From assembly GCA_041937175.2 (NCBI GenBank), contig CP166615.1, forward strand, positions 2,592,001-2,656,000: 64,000 bases of DNA, given 5' to 3'. The notes below the pieces were generated by a model. That model saw only the letters and a list, made by a program, of their open reading frames with translations. It did no database searches and was not told where the DNA came from. Shown here in pieces: positions 1 to 9,483 of the stretch. This stretch comes from Limnothrix sp. BL-A-16 (GTDB lineage: Bacteria > Cyanobacteriota > Cyanobacteriia > CACIAM-69d). How positions within the stretch are numbered: position 1 is the first letter of the stretch; every line of letters starts with the position of its first letter. The translations under genes were made by a program, and so were the position numbers.

Positions 1-510
1 TTCGCCATGGGCCAGGGAGGCGGAAAATTGCTCGGAATTCGCTTCAGCCGTTGTTTGACTCGTTTCGACGGTGGGCGCGCTCAAGGTCGCCGTTTCCACT
101 TCGGCGGTGATTGGCTCGATCGCGCTAACAACGGTGCGTTGGGGAATGCTGCGGGCTGGAATGGTGAGTTGTTGACCAGCGCTCAGGACAGCATCAATCG
201 ACAGGTGGTTCGCCGCCGCCAGGGCTTCAGGCGCAACATCGTATTGACGGGCGATGGTCGCGATCGTGTCGTTGGCTTGAACCGTGTGGGTCTTGCTGGT
301 GGCCGCCGCCACGGCTTGGCTACTGAGGGACGGAGCCTGGTTGGGTTCTGCCGCAATCGCGTGGTCGCCTTGGCGGGGCAACAGCAACCCTGTTGCACCC
401 ATTGAGATTGCCAACCCTAGCGTCGCGATCGAGGCGCGGGTCTTCCGACTAGTCTCCGTGGGAGCTTGTTGGTACTGTTCGGTCATCGCACGATGTGGAT
501 TGTTGGTCAT
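1..510 (-). CDS. LysM peptidoglycan-binding protein, NlpD/M23-like (5' part; runs off the left edge)
   Basis: Not in ORF track. Minus frame from ATG 510 reads MTNNPHRAMTEQ...RASIATLGLAISMGATGLLLPRQGDHAIAAEP...HTVQANDTIATIARQYDVAPEALAAANHLSIDAVLSAGQQLTIP: cyanobacterial NlpD-type N-terminus plus a LysM motif. In-frame TGA just upstream of 510. Confidence 0.8.
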   Translation of the reverse strand, partial: MTNNPHRAMTEQYQQAPTETSRKTRASIATLGLAISMGATGLLLPRQGDHAIAAEPNQAPSLSSQAVAAATSKTHTVQANDTIATIARQYDVAPEALAAANHLSIDAVLSAGQQLTIPARSIPQRTVVSAIEPITAEVETATLSAPTVETSQTTAEANSEQFSASLAHGE

Positions 511-1099
511 TGGGGCGCTGGCAACTCAGCAGTCAGCAAGCCTTGGGCTGGTAAACCACAGAACTCGCCTCGACTCTGGTCGTGGGTGGGGTGCTCAATC
601 GTTGATTGCCCATTGGACTGCGATTGAATCAGCCTTGCCGTCCCAAGCGCCTTGGATGGCTAGATCACCGCTCAGGTGCGACGCGGCGGCCAGCGATAAG
701 CTCGGTTAGACCGGGGTCTTAATACGAGTTAAGGCTTAGGCAAGACTACCCTGCTTTTGTGGTTTAGGCAAGTTTAACCAGATTGGCAACTGATTTGTGA
801 CAGTTTCGGTATTTGTTTTCTTGATGAATATTGCGCCTTTCGGTGATGTTTTGTCGTTCAGGATTGCACTCCTTACTTGATCATCGTTTTTCCAAAATTC
901 TTTCTCCAAAAGACTTTCAGGCGTTCAAGTCATTGACAACGAGTATCGGATTACCTCCCTTTCAAGACTTAGCCGACAGGTCAGGATCACCGTAATTCTA
1001 CGCTGTGTCTTGGATTGCCTAGTCAAGATTTCCAAGGGGGGAATATGTCGTTTTAGAGCCTGATGAATTAAAAAAAATGTAAAATTCGCTGCAAAATTC

Positions 1100-1140
1100 G
1101 GACGATTGATTGATAGGATTTTCTTATTAATCAATCGTCC
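1100..1140. other. Long inverted repeat / hairpin in the intergenic region
   Basis: GGACGATTGATTGATAGGA / TCTTATTAATCAATCGTCC arms around a short T loop; two mismatches. Confidence 0.6.
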
Positions 1141-1576
1141 AATCGCCCCCTGTGGGGCACGAAAGCCCCGTTACGCCGATCGCCCCTGAGGTTTAGAGGG
1201 CTGATTAGACCTGAGCAATCACGGCTCAGCAATTGCCAGGTGGCGATCACTGGGCGATCGGGAGCCAAAACACGCCCTCAGCAACTCCATCGGCCCCTGA
1301 CGGGCAATCACCACCGATTCCAGCTCCCCCAGACCGCTGAATCCAGCAACAGGCTACCCATCGGTTGCGATCGGCCCTGTCAAAATGGACAGCATGGGCA
1401 AATTCCAGGAGATCGCTATTCCGTTACTCCGTTGATGCTCAGGTGCTGATGCGACCTCAACGGATTCAGCCTCGCCCCATTCAAATTTGGTCTTTTGGTC
1501 GATTACCTGGTCTATTGATTTGGCCCATATGAGACCTCAATCCATGCATTCGCAACGCCTGTACCCACAACAGGAC

Positions 1577-2041
1577 TTACCCCAATAATCCCAACTGCCG
1601 CCGAGCCTCAAACAGCCCGATCGCGGTGCTTGACGATAGATTCAGGCTACGGACACCCGCACAGTCCATGGGAATGCGAGCAATCAGGTCGCAAGTTTCC
1701 AGCACCAAAGTCGGCAACCCCTCCGTTTCGCTGCCAAACAGCAGCCAATCCGTCGGGGCATAGGCGATGTGGTGATAGGACGTGCTGCCACCGCTGGAAA
1801 ATCCAATCAGCCGTCCCCCGATCGGGCGGTGAAATTCGGCAAAGGTCGGCCAATCGGCATGATAGCGAAGCTTGACAAACGGCCAGTAGTCCAGTCCAGC
1901 CCGTTTGAGGTAGCGATCGGTAATTTCAAAGCCCAAAGGGCCCACCAGGTGCAGTTCCGTACCGGTGGCAGCGCAGGTACGGGCAATATTGCCTGTATTG
2001 GGCGGAATTTGAGGATTAACCAGCACAATTTGGGGTTGCAT
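1577..2041 (-). CDS. trmL: tRNA (cytidine(34)-2'-O)-methyltransferase TrmL (SpoU family)
   Basis: PQIPPNTGNIARTCAAT, LKRAGLDYW, LLFGSETEGLP, VRSLNLS motifs; ATG 2041 chosen as start. Confidence 0.93.
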   Translation of the reverse strand: MQPQIVLVNPQIPPNTGNIARTCAATGTELHLVGPLGFEITDRYLKRAGLDYWPFVKLRYHADWPTFAEFHRPIGGRLIGFSSGGSTSYHHIAYAPTDWLLFGSETEGLPTLVLETCDLIARIPMDCAGVRSLNLSSSTAIGLFEARRQLGLLG

Positions 2042-2606
2042 GGAATTTTTTGGCAACTAAGGAACTGAGACAACGGTATTTCAGGGAAATTCACCCCAAA
2101 CCGCTCAATTGAGATCGTCAAACGAACCAAGATTTTTCACCCTGATTCGCCTGCTCCGGGAGGCTGACAACTATAGATTTTTTTAATCACTGACCGGGAA
2201 TCTCGATTGATTATCAAAAATAATTTAAAATCCGTCAAACATCATAATTACCAATCATTAATCGCGATTGAAAAACATAATCAATCGTGAATCGATCGCG
2301 ATCGCTCCTCAGCAGGCCCCAAGGGAACCTCCCCAGGCAAACAGCGGCCCGGCCACCCCTATGATTCCCATCCAACCCCGATTGGATCAGGCCCCCAGTC
2401 CACTACTGCGAACTTCGATCAGCGATCGGGCGGCCGATCAGGCCCAACAGTTGTGTTCAACAATACATATATATGGATGTGTACAGAGATGCCGACAAAC
2501 AAGCCGCACTGTCCCACAGCGATCCACAGCGCCTGGCATGATTCGGTATCATGAAAGATTGGGCTTTGATCAGTGGGGCGCACTTTGATCGCCGCCGCCA
2601 ATTTGC

Positions 2607-5090
2607 CTAGGTCAAAATCATACCCCCCAACAGCTTGCGATACCGATAGCCCAGTTCGGCGGCAATTCGAGGATGGTTTGCCAAATCTGGGTCGGTGTGG
2701 ATCAAATCCTCAGCGGCCGATCGAGCCAGGTTCAACACATCGCGATCGTCCACCAAGCTGGCCAGGGCAAAATCCGGCAACCCCGATTGGCGCGTGCCCA
2801 ACACTTCACCGGGGCCACGAAACCGCATATCCATCTCTGAAATAAAAAAGCCATCCTGAGATTGGGCCAACACCTCCAGCCGCTGGCTGGCTTCCGGGCT
2901 TTTGCTGGTGTTCATCAACAAACAAAAGGACTGGGCCGCCCCCCGCCCCACCCGACCGCGCAACTGGTGTAACTGAGACAAACCGAAGCGTTCCGCATGT
3001 TCAATCACCATCACCGTGGCGTTGGGCACATCCACCCCCACTTCAATCACCGTGGTGGACACCAAAATCTGGGTTTGGTTTTGCCGAAATTGCTCGATCG
3101 CCCGGTCTTTATCCGCCGAACTCATGCGCCCATGGAGCAAACCCACCTGAAACTCCGGAAACACCACCTCAGAGAGGTATTGATATTCCTCGATCGCGGA
3201 TTTCAAATCGAGCTTTTCTGACTCCTCCACCAGCGGCAACACCACATAAACCTGGCGACCTTGGGCAATTTCTCGGCGGATCAGGTCATGGGCCGCCGGG
3301 CGATCGCCCGATCGCAACACCGTGGTTTGAATCGCCTGCCGACCGGGCGGCAACTCGTCAATTTGGCTCACATCCAAGTCCCCATGGATCGTCAGCGCCA
3401 AGGTGCGCGGAATCGGCGTAGCGGTCATGGTCAACACATGGGGCTGAAGTCCCTTTTGTTGCAGCTTGGCCCGCTGTTGCACCCCGAATCGGTGCTGCTC
3501 ATCAATCACCGCCAAGCCCAAACGGGAAAATTCCACCTTGTCTTGGATCAGGGCATGGGTTCCCACCAACAGGGGCAACTCTCCCGTTTGCAATTGGGCA
3601 TGGATGGCGCGCCGTTTTTTGGCCCCCGTGGAACCCGTCAGCAATTCCACGGGCAAGTGCAACAGGTTAAACCAACCCACAATTTTTCGGTAATGTTGCT
3701 CCGCCAGCACTTCCGTGGGAGCCATCAGGGCCGCTTGGTAGCCCGCTTGGATGGCCGCCAGGATGGTGATCACGGCCACGACAGTTTTTCCAGATCCCAC
3801 ATCCCCTTGCACCAGACGGTTCATGGGGGTAGGCCGTTGTAAGTCTTCCAGAATTTCGCCCACCACGCGCTTTTGGGCCCCGGTCAGCTCAAAGGGCAAC
3901 ACCTGATGAAATTGGTCAATCAGAGGGCCGGTGGTGGCCAAGACCACACTGGTTTCCTGGCGCTTTTGTTGCGATCGCCGCTGGAGCAATCCCAACTGGA
4001 GGTAGAAAAATTCATCGAAAATCAACCGTCGCCGGGCTGCCGCCAACTGATCATCGTCGGCGGGAAAATGCACTTGGGCGATCGCGTCGGCAATTTTGAT
4101 CAGGTTGTAGCGTTCACGAAAGTCGCGGGGCAGGGCTTCTGGCACTTGGCTGGCGGCGGGCAACACGGCCAAGACCGATCGCCGCACCAAATCCGCCGTC
4201 ACTCCTTCGGTCAGGGAATAGACCGGCACGACCCGCCCCACCGTCAAGGAGGCGATCGTCCCGTCGGCGCTGTCGATTACTTCCAGATCAGGATTGTCGA
4301 GCGTAATGCCATATTTATCCTGCTTCACCAGGCCGGACGCGGCCACCAGCGTGCCTGAGGAATAGAGACTTTGTTGGCTCTTTTGCCAGGCGATCGAACT
4401 AAAGCGGGTTCCTGCAAAAAACTTGCTAATTCGCACTTGGCCCGTGCGATCGCGCAGAATCAGTTCAAAAATCGTCAGTTTCGAGTTTTTGGGACTGGTG
4501 AAGCAGTTACAACGCTTGACCGTTCCCACAATTGTCACCGTTTCGCCCCCTTCCAAGTCGCGGATATTCACCTGGCGAGCGTAATCGATATAGTCACGAG
4601 GGTAATGGCACAGCAAATCCTGCACCGTCAACAGCCCCAACTTGGCCAGCCGCCCCCCCGATCGCGTCCCGATCGATCGCACCTGCGACAGGGGTAGATC
4701 CAACGTCAGCGATCGCGTGCTGACCGCCGGTTGAAGCTGGTTCAAATCCTTGGTTTTTGGGCGCTTGGGCGATCGGGGGGCCGCCTCTGGAGCCGCAGCC
4801 TCGGCGATCGCCCCCTCACAGGCCCGCTGCACCTGATGCAAAAACTGCCGCGTATTCACCACAATTCGCTTGCGTTGGGCCAAGTCCAAATTGGGATAGT
4901 CCGCAAACTGGGCCGCCGTTTCCCGCCATCGCCGTCGATCGCTCGCGGACAGTCCCTGGGGCGGCCGGCCAAATTGCAAACACAAAAATTCACTGAATCG
5001 ATATTCCCGCCCAGCCAAATCCCCAAAGCCCCGTTCCGCTTCCACGGCCAGGGCCTTCTGCAAACGAATCCAGTCGGGTAGCTCAGACAA
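2607..5090 (-). CDS. recG: ATP-dependent DNA helicase RecG
   Basis: MNRLVQGDVGSGKT, DEQHRFG, MTATPIPRTL, QLHQLRGRVGRG, RGPGEVLGTRQSG. Confidence 0.97.
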   Translation of the reverse strand: MSELPDWIRLQKALAVEAERGFGDLAGREYRFSEFLCLQFGRPPQGLSASDRRRWRETAAQFADYPNLDLAQRKRIVVNTRQFLHQVQRACEGAIAEAAAPEAAPRSPKRPKTKDLNQLQPAVSTRSLTLDLPLSQVRSIGTRSGGRLAKLGLLTVQDLLCHYPRDYIDYARQVNIRDLEGGETVTIVGTVKRCNCFTSPKNSKLTIFELILRDRTGQVRISKFFAGTRFSSIAWQKSQQSLYSSGTLVAASGLVKQDKYGITLDNPDLEVIDSADGTIASLTVGRVVPVYSLTEGVTADLVRRSVLAVLPAASQVPEALPRDFRERYNLIKIADAIAQVHFPADDDQLAAARRRLIFDEFFYLQLGLLQRRSQQKRQETSVVLATTGPLIDQFHQVLPFELTGAQKRVVGEILEDLQRPTPMNRLVQGDVGSGKTVVAVITILAAIQAGYQAALMAPTEVLAEQHYRKIVGWFNLLHLPVELLTGSTGAKKRRAIHAQLQTGELPLLVGTHALIQDKVEFSRLGLAVIDEQHRFGVQQRAKLQQKGLQPHVLTMTATPIPRTLALTIHGDLDVSQIDELPPGRQAIQTTVLRSGDRPAAHDLIRREIAQGRQVYVVLPLVEESEKLDLKSAIEEYQYLSEVVFPEFQVGLLHGRMSSADKDRAIEQFRQNQTQILVSTTVIEVGVDVPNATVMVIEHAERFGLSQLHQLRGRVGRGAAQSFCLLMNTSKSPEASQRLEVLAQSQDGFFISEMDMRFRGPGEVLGTRQSGLPDFALASLVDDRDVLNLARSAAEDLIHTDPDLANHPRIAAELGYRYRKLLGGMILT

Positions 5091-5166
5091 AATGACGGCT
5101 AGGGCGATCGAATATCTGTTGGCCGTCGTGCCAACGGTAGTTCCAACGAACGTATTTTGCGGGAAA

Positions 5167-5730
5167 TTATTGGGGTTGAGAAGCGGGATACCAAATTTCC
5201 AGAGTCCCGGGAGGCTCCTTATCTAACAACTTGAGTAGAGGGATGAGTTGGATATCACTCCATGCACCTTGGTTGACCAAACTCTTAATGCGTTTTGCTT
5301 TCACCATATCTTCTTCATAAAAAAATCGTACCTGAATTTCTGATTTGGGAAAATAATTCTGAACTTTCTCTGGCGGAACAACTCGATCTACAACCAAATT
5401 GCTCACCCGAGGAACCGATGCCCCATCATCCCTTAATTTACTCATGAGTGCCGTTGCATCATTGCGCTGCTTCTCTGAGGAAATGTGAATATAGATTGTG
5501 CTATTAATCAACGACTCTTTGGATCCATGATTGATCGTAGCGATCGCAGGAGCTGGTGTTACGTCAACGCTGGCTTTCACTGAGGGTGTGGGAGATGGCG
5601 TGGCAGCACTTCGATCTCCAAAGAGCTTATCCCAATTGCCTACAATCGAAGTAATGACGATGCCCAGGAATGTGATCATTGCTAAAACAACCTGAGTTAG
5701 CAATCCCCATTTTTCATTGCTGCTACTCAT
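5167..5730 (-). CDS. Hypothetical membrane-anchored protein (one N-terminal TM, Pro/Thr linker, C-terminal globular domain)
   Basis: GGAGG RBS before ATG 5730; hydrophobic LLTQVVLAMITFLGIVITSIVG; AT-rich gene. Confidence 0.65.
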   Translation of the reverse strand: MSSSNEKWGLLTQVVLAMITFLGIVITSIVGNWDKLFGDRSAATPSPTPSVKASVDVTPAPAIATINHGSKESLINSTIYIHISSEKQRNDATALMSKLRDDGASVPRVSNLVVDRVVPPEKVQNYFPKSEIQVRFFYEEDMVKAKRIKSLVNQGAWSDIQLIPLLKLLDKEPPGTLEIWYPASQPQ

Positions 5731-6164
5731 AACACCTCCATCCAGAAATTGAATGATTTCCATGAATTGGGCATTTTTAAAACCAAATTAAGCGAGATTT
5801 TTAAAATAAAATCATGTTTTTCTCAATTCATTCAACTAAGTTTTGATCGAAAACAAGTATCATCCTTATCTTGAATTAATTTCATTTGAGAATTATTTAT
5901 CATTATAGCCTTGACCAACAGTACAGGCATTGCTGTTTAACAAAAATATCTGAAAGTCAATTGATTTTATTTGATTTCTGAAAATTGATTTTTGAAATTT
6001 GATCGGAACTTTCAAAACCAAGCAATCTATCCGATAGTTGCCACTCCCTTTCAAGAATATGCCGATCGCTCTCTGATCGAAAATTTGGTCTTTCTTGATG
6101 GATTTGGTACGGTTGAAATTGTTGGCCAATCCACTAATCGTCTGTTTACTCGCTTGAGCTGCCT

Positions 6165-7232
6165 ATGTCTCCTGAAACTGCCACCCCCACGACTGTTCAA
6201 CCGGCCAAGACAGTGCATCTGCGCGAAACCGGCATCAACCCTAACCATTGGTATGTGGTGGCGAGCGATCGGGAAGTGACTCGCCAGCCGCTGGGCGTGG
6301 AGCTTTGGGGGCGGGCAATTGTCCTTTACCGCGATACCCAAGGGCAAGTGCAAGCGATGGAGGATTGCTGTCCCCATCGGCTGGTGAAGTTGTCGGATGG
6401 GCGTGTGGTGGGCGATCACATCGAGTGCATGTACCACGGTTGGCAGTTCGACAGCGCTGGAGCCTGTGTGGATGTGCCTTACCTGGGAGATCACCAAAAG
6501 CTGCCCAGTTGCCGAATCCATACCTACCCAGTGCGAGAACTGGATGGGTTCATTTGGTTGTGGCCAGGGGAATTGCAACCGGGACAGGTGTTGCCAGAAC
6601 CGATGGGGCTGCCGGAATGGAGCCACTTAAACTACATCGCTTCCGTGGCCACGATCGACTGTCGGGGCCATTTTTCCTTCCTGATTGAAAACCTGATGGA
6701 CATGTACCACGGGCATTTGCATCAGGACTACCAGGCTTGGGCTTCCGCGAAGTTGGAGAAGCTCACCGAATCGCCCGATCGGGTCGATGCTCTCTACGAA
6801 GCCCAAAGCTACTACCGAATTGACAAAATTTGGGCGGTGGCGCAACTGTTTATCCCCGCCATGCGCCAACTGCACCCGGAGCCGCTCTCGGTGAGCTATG
6901 TCTATCCCCACTGGGCCTCTAGCTTGGGCCAAGAATTCAAAATTTATTGCCTGTTTTGTCCCGTTAGCGCCACCCGCACTCGGGCCTATTTGGTGCATTT
7001 CACCTCCCTTCATGCCTTTGGCCGGCTGCATCAGTTGCCGGTGGTGATCCGCCAGTGGGTGAAAGATCGGATGTTTAATGCGGCGGCCAAGTTGCTGGAA
7101 GGGTTGGTGGAGCAGGATGTGTTGATGATTGAGCAGGAGCAGCGATCGTTTGAGGCGGATCCCCACCGCAAGGGGCCAGAGCTGAATCCCGCGATCGCGG
7201 CCGTGCAGCGCCTCATTCGATCGCGGGGCTAA
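6165..7232 (+). CDS. Rieske [2Fe-2S] aromatic ring-hydroxylating oxygenase alpha-subunit family protein
   Basis: Rieske CPHR...ECMYHGWQF; mononuclear Fe motif ENLMDMYHGHLH. Confidence 0.9.
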   Translation: MSPETATPTTVQPAKTVHLRETGINPNHWYVVASDREVTRQPLGVELWGRAIVLYRDTQGQVQAMEDCCPHRLVKLSDGRVVGDHIECMYHGWQFDSAGACVDVPYLGDHQKLPSCRIHTYPVRELDGFIWLWPGELQPGQVLPEPMGLPEWSHLNYIASVATIDCRGHFSFLIENLMDMYHGHLHQDYQAWASAKLEKLTESPDRVDALYEAQSYYRIDKIWAVAQLFIPAMRQLHPEPLSVSYVYPHWASSLGQEFKIYCLFCPVSATRTRAYLVHFTSLHAFGRLHQLPVVIRQWVKDRMFNAAAKLLEGLVEQDVLMIEQEQRSFEADPHRKGPELNPAIAAVQRLIRSRG

Positions 7233-7483
7233 TCAACAACCGCTGGGCTGGCCCATGAGTCATGAGAAGTGATTAGGAGTGATTAGGGGTAATTAACCGA
7301 CCGTTGATGAACCCATCATTCAAAAACAGCATGGGCCGGAGTCGCGCAATGTTCAGGGCGATCGCGCAAGGAAACGGGGAACTATGGCAAAGTTTCCTGG
7401 CTTAGGCCGCGATCGGGCTTTGATGCGGATTGTTTTCCCAACCTCCCCGATCGCGCCCTTGGGTTCCTTGCTTGCCCCAGCCC

Positions 7484-8410
7484 ATGCGACTCGAACAGTT
7501 ACAGGCCTTCCTTGCGATCGCGGATACCGGTGGTTTCCAGGCCGCCGCTAAGCGTTGCGGAGTCACCCAATCCACCATCAGCCGCCAACTTCAGAGCCTG
7601 GAGTCTACCCTGGGGCTAAGCCTGATTCGCCGCAGCACCCCCATCCAACTCACCCTCGCCGGTAACCAACTATTGCCTCACGCCCGGCGCATGGTGCAGG
7701 AGTGGGACTTGGCGAATCGGGCGATCGCCAACCTGCGCGAAGGTCAACAACCGGAACTCTGCATCGCCGCCATTCACTCCGTTTGCGCCTACCGACTGCC
7801 CGCCATTTTGCAGGACTTTATCCAAACCTATCCCCAGGTGCAATTGCGGGTGACGGCCTTGGGCAGCGATCGATCGCTCAAGGTATTGCGTGATGGGTTG
7901 GTGGATGTGGCCGTGGTCATGAATAACCGGTTTTTGACCAATAACGCCGATTGGGTGGTGGATTCCCTTTATAAGGAACCCGTGGTGGCCCTCGTCAGCG
8001 CCTCCCATCCCCTCGCCAACCACGGGCCCGTTTCCTGGCTGGATCTGGGGGAATATCCCCACGTGGTGTTCAAGGATGGCTACGGAATGCAGCGGTTGGT
8101 GCAGGAACAGTTTGCCCGCGAGGGAATTACCCTGCGGGTTGCCTTGGAACTGAACACCCTCGATGCCTTTCGGGGGGTTGTCCGCCAGGGAAAATGTGTG
8201 GCCCTTTTGCCAGAGTCAGCCGTGCTGGAGGCAAAGGAAGATCCAGGCTTGCGAGTATTACCGCTGGCGGATCCGGCGATCGAGCGGGAAGTGGTATTGG
8301 TGACAACGCGCGATCGACTGCAATTACAACCGATCAGCTATTTCCGACAGTTGGTGCAAGCCACCCTCCATCAACAGGCCTTGCTCCCCAACCGCCCGTT
8401 GGCCAAGTGA
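7484..8410 (+). CDS. ntcB: LysR-family nitrogen assimilation regulator NtcB
   Basis: MRLEQLQAFLAIADTGGFQAAAKRCGVTQSTISRQ HTH; ALGSDRSLKVLRDGLVD and FKDGYGMQRLVQEQF, recalled as typical of NtcB. Confidence 0.82.
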   Translation: MRLEQLQAFLAIADTGGFQAAAKRCGVTQSTISRQLQSLESTLGLSLIRRSTPIQLTLAGNQLLPHARRMVQEWDLANRAIANLREGQQPELCIAAIHSVCAYRLPAILQDFIQTYPQVQLRVTALGSDRSLKVLRDGLVDVAVVMNNRFLTNNADWVVDSLYKEPVVALVSASHPLANHGPVSWLDLGEYPHVVFKDGYGMQRLVQEQFAREGITLRVALELNTLDAFRGVVRQGKCVALLPESAVLEAKEDPGLRVLPLADPAIEREVVLVTTRDRLQLQPISYFRQLVQATLHQQALLPNRPLAK

Positions 8411-8456
8411 CCCGTGCTAGCCTACGGGAAACTGCTGTTTTCTGTCCCGATCGCCC

Positions 8457-8849
8457 TTGGCCACCATGGTTTTGTTCCCTTTCCAGCCTGTTGTGGGCGC
8501 AGTGTCTTCGGTTCCCAACGCGATCGGCCTGTGGATGGTCGTGGGCATTGATGGCCTCCTCTCGATCGGCCTGCTGTGGCTGGCTTGGCAACTGTGGCAA
8601 CTACGGCGCACCCTGCGGAACACCGCCCAGGGCCTGGAATCCGCCGCCCGCAGCACCCATACCGTCCTGGGCAATGCGCCGCAAAACATCGCGATCGGCC
8701 AGCGCGGCATCTATGGATTTCGCCAGACCTACCGCACCTTTGAGCCGGCCCTCGAAGCGAATCTTCAGAAAATCACCTGGGTGCTCTCCCTAATTCAACA
8801 ATTCACAAAACTCCAATCTCGCATTAAGCGATCCGCCCCCAAGCAATAG
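8457..8849 (+). CDS. Hypothetical membrane protein
   Basis: N-terminal TM segment then helical region; start uncertain. Confidence 0.6.
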   Translation: MATMVLFPFQPVVGAVSSVPNAIGLWMVVGIDGLLSIGLLWLAWQLWQLRRTLRNTAQGLESAARSTHTVLGNAPQNIAIGQRGIYGFRQTYRTFEPALEANLQKITWVLSLIQQFTKLQSRIKRSAPKQ

Positions 8850-9014
8850 CCAACTCATGGTTTATCCGCGAACCTTCGCCGATCCGAGTTAAACCACCGG
8901 GGCGATCGGTCAATGTGACCGGTGATGTGACCAAAAATACCCAAGATTGGACATTAACATTACCCAATCATAGGCTCCTCAGTTTCTCTAGAGGTGCTAA
9001 TTTTGCTGACTCAA

Positions 9015-9189
9015 TAGACCTCTTGCATCAATCAAAACCCTCACCCTAAATCCCTCTCCCAAGTCAGGAGAGGGACTTGACAACCAACAGCGAAATCGCC
9101 GTTATTCTCGATTTCTGGCTCCCCTTCGCCCTCCTTGGGAGAAGGGGTTGGGGGATGAGGGCTGTTAGCTGATTCGCGCAAGAGGTCTA
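9015..9189. mobile_element. MITE-like element (~175 bp) with terminal inverted repeats and TA ends
   Basis: TAGACCTCTTGC ... GCAAGAGGTCTA ends; internal imperfect inverted arms CCCTCACCCTAAATCCCTCTCCCAAG / CTTGGGAGAAGGGGTTGGGGGATGAGGG; no ORF. Confidence 0.7.
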
Positions 9190-9483
9190 GTGCCGCAAAA
9201 CCCATTCTGAGACTAGAATTTTCAGCCTTTGCCTCAGCCCCTGCCGGTGACCTCGCAAAGCCTGTCGCAAGACCCAGGCTCGATCGGTCTTTAAGCCACC
9301 AAACAGCACAGGATTATCTTTATCGATCGCCTCATGCCAAATTTGTGCAATTTTGACTTTGACTTATTTAATCCAGTTTTTGATCCCGACAGTTTTTGTT
9401 TATAAGTCTTGTGATTTAACTTTTTGATCACTTAAGTTGATTGCAGTTGGGTCGCACGTCTACTCTTGCTCGGTGGCATCATC

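Noticed and set aside
7..709. Plus-strand ORFs 7-405 and 284-709
   Set aside because: Antisense to the LysM gene read on the minus strand.
2452..2467. NtcA/CRP-like TGT-N10-ACA site upstream of trmL
   Set aside because: Mismatched to GTA-N8-TAC, far from the start codon, and expected by chance.
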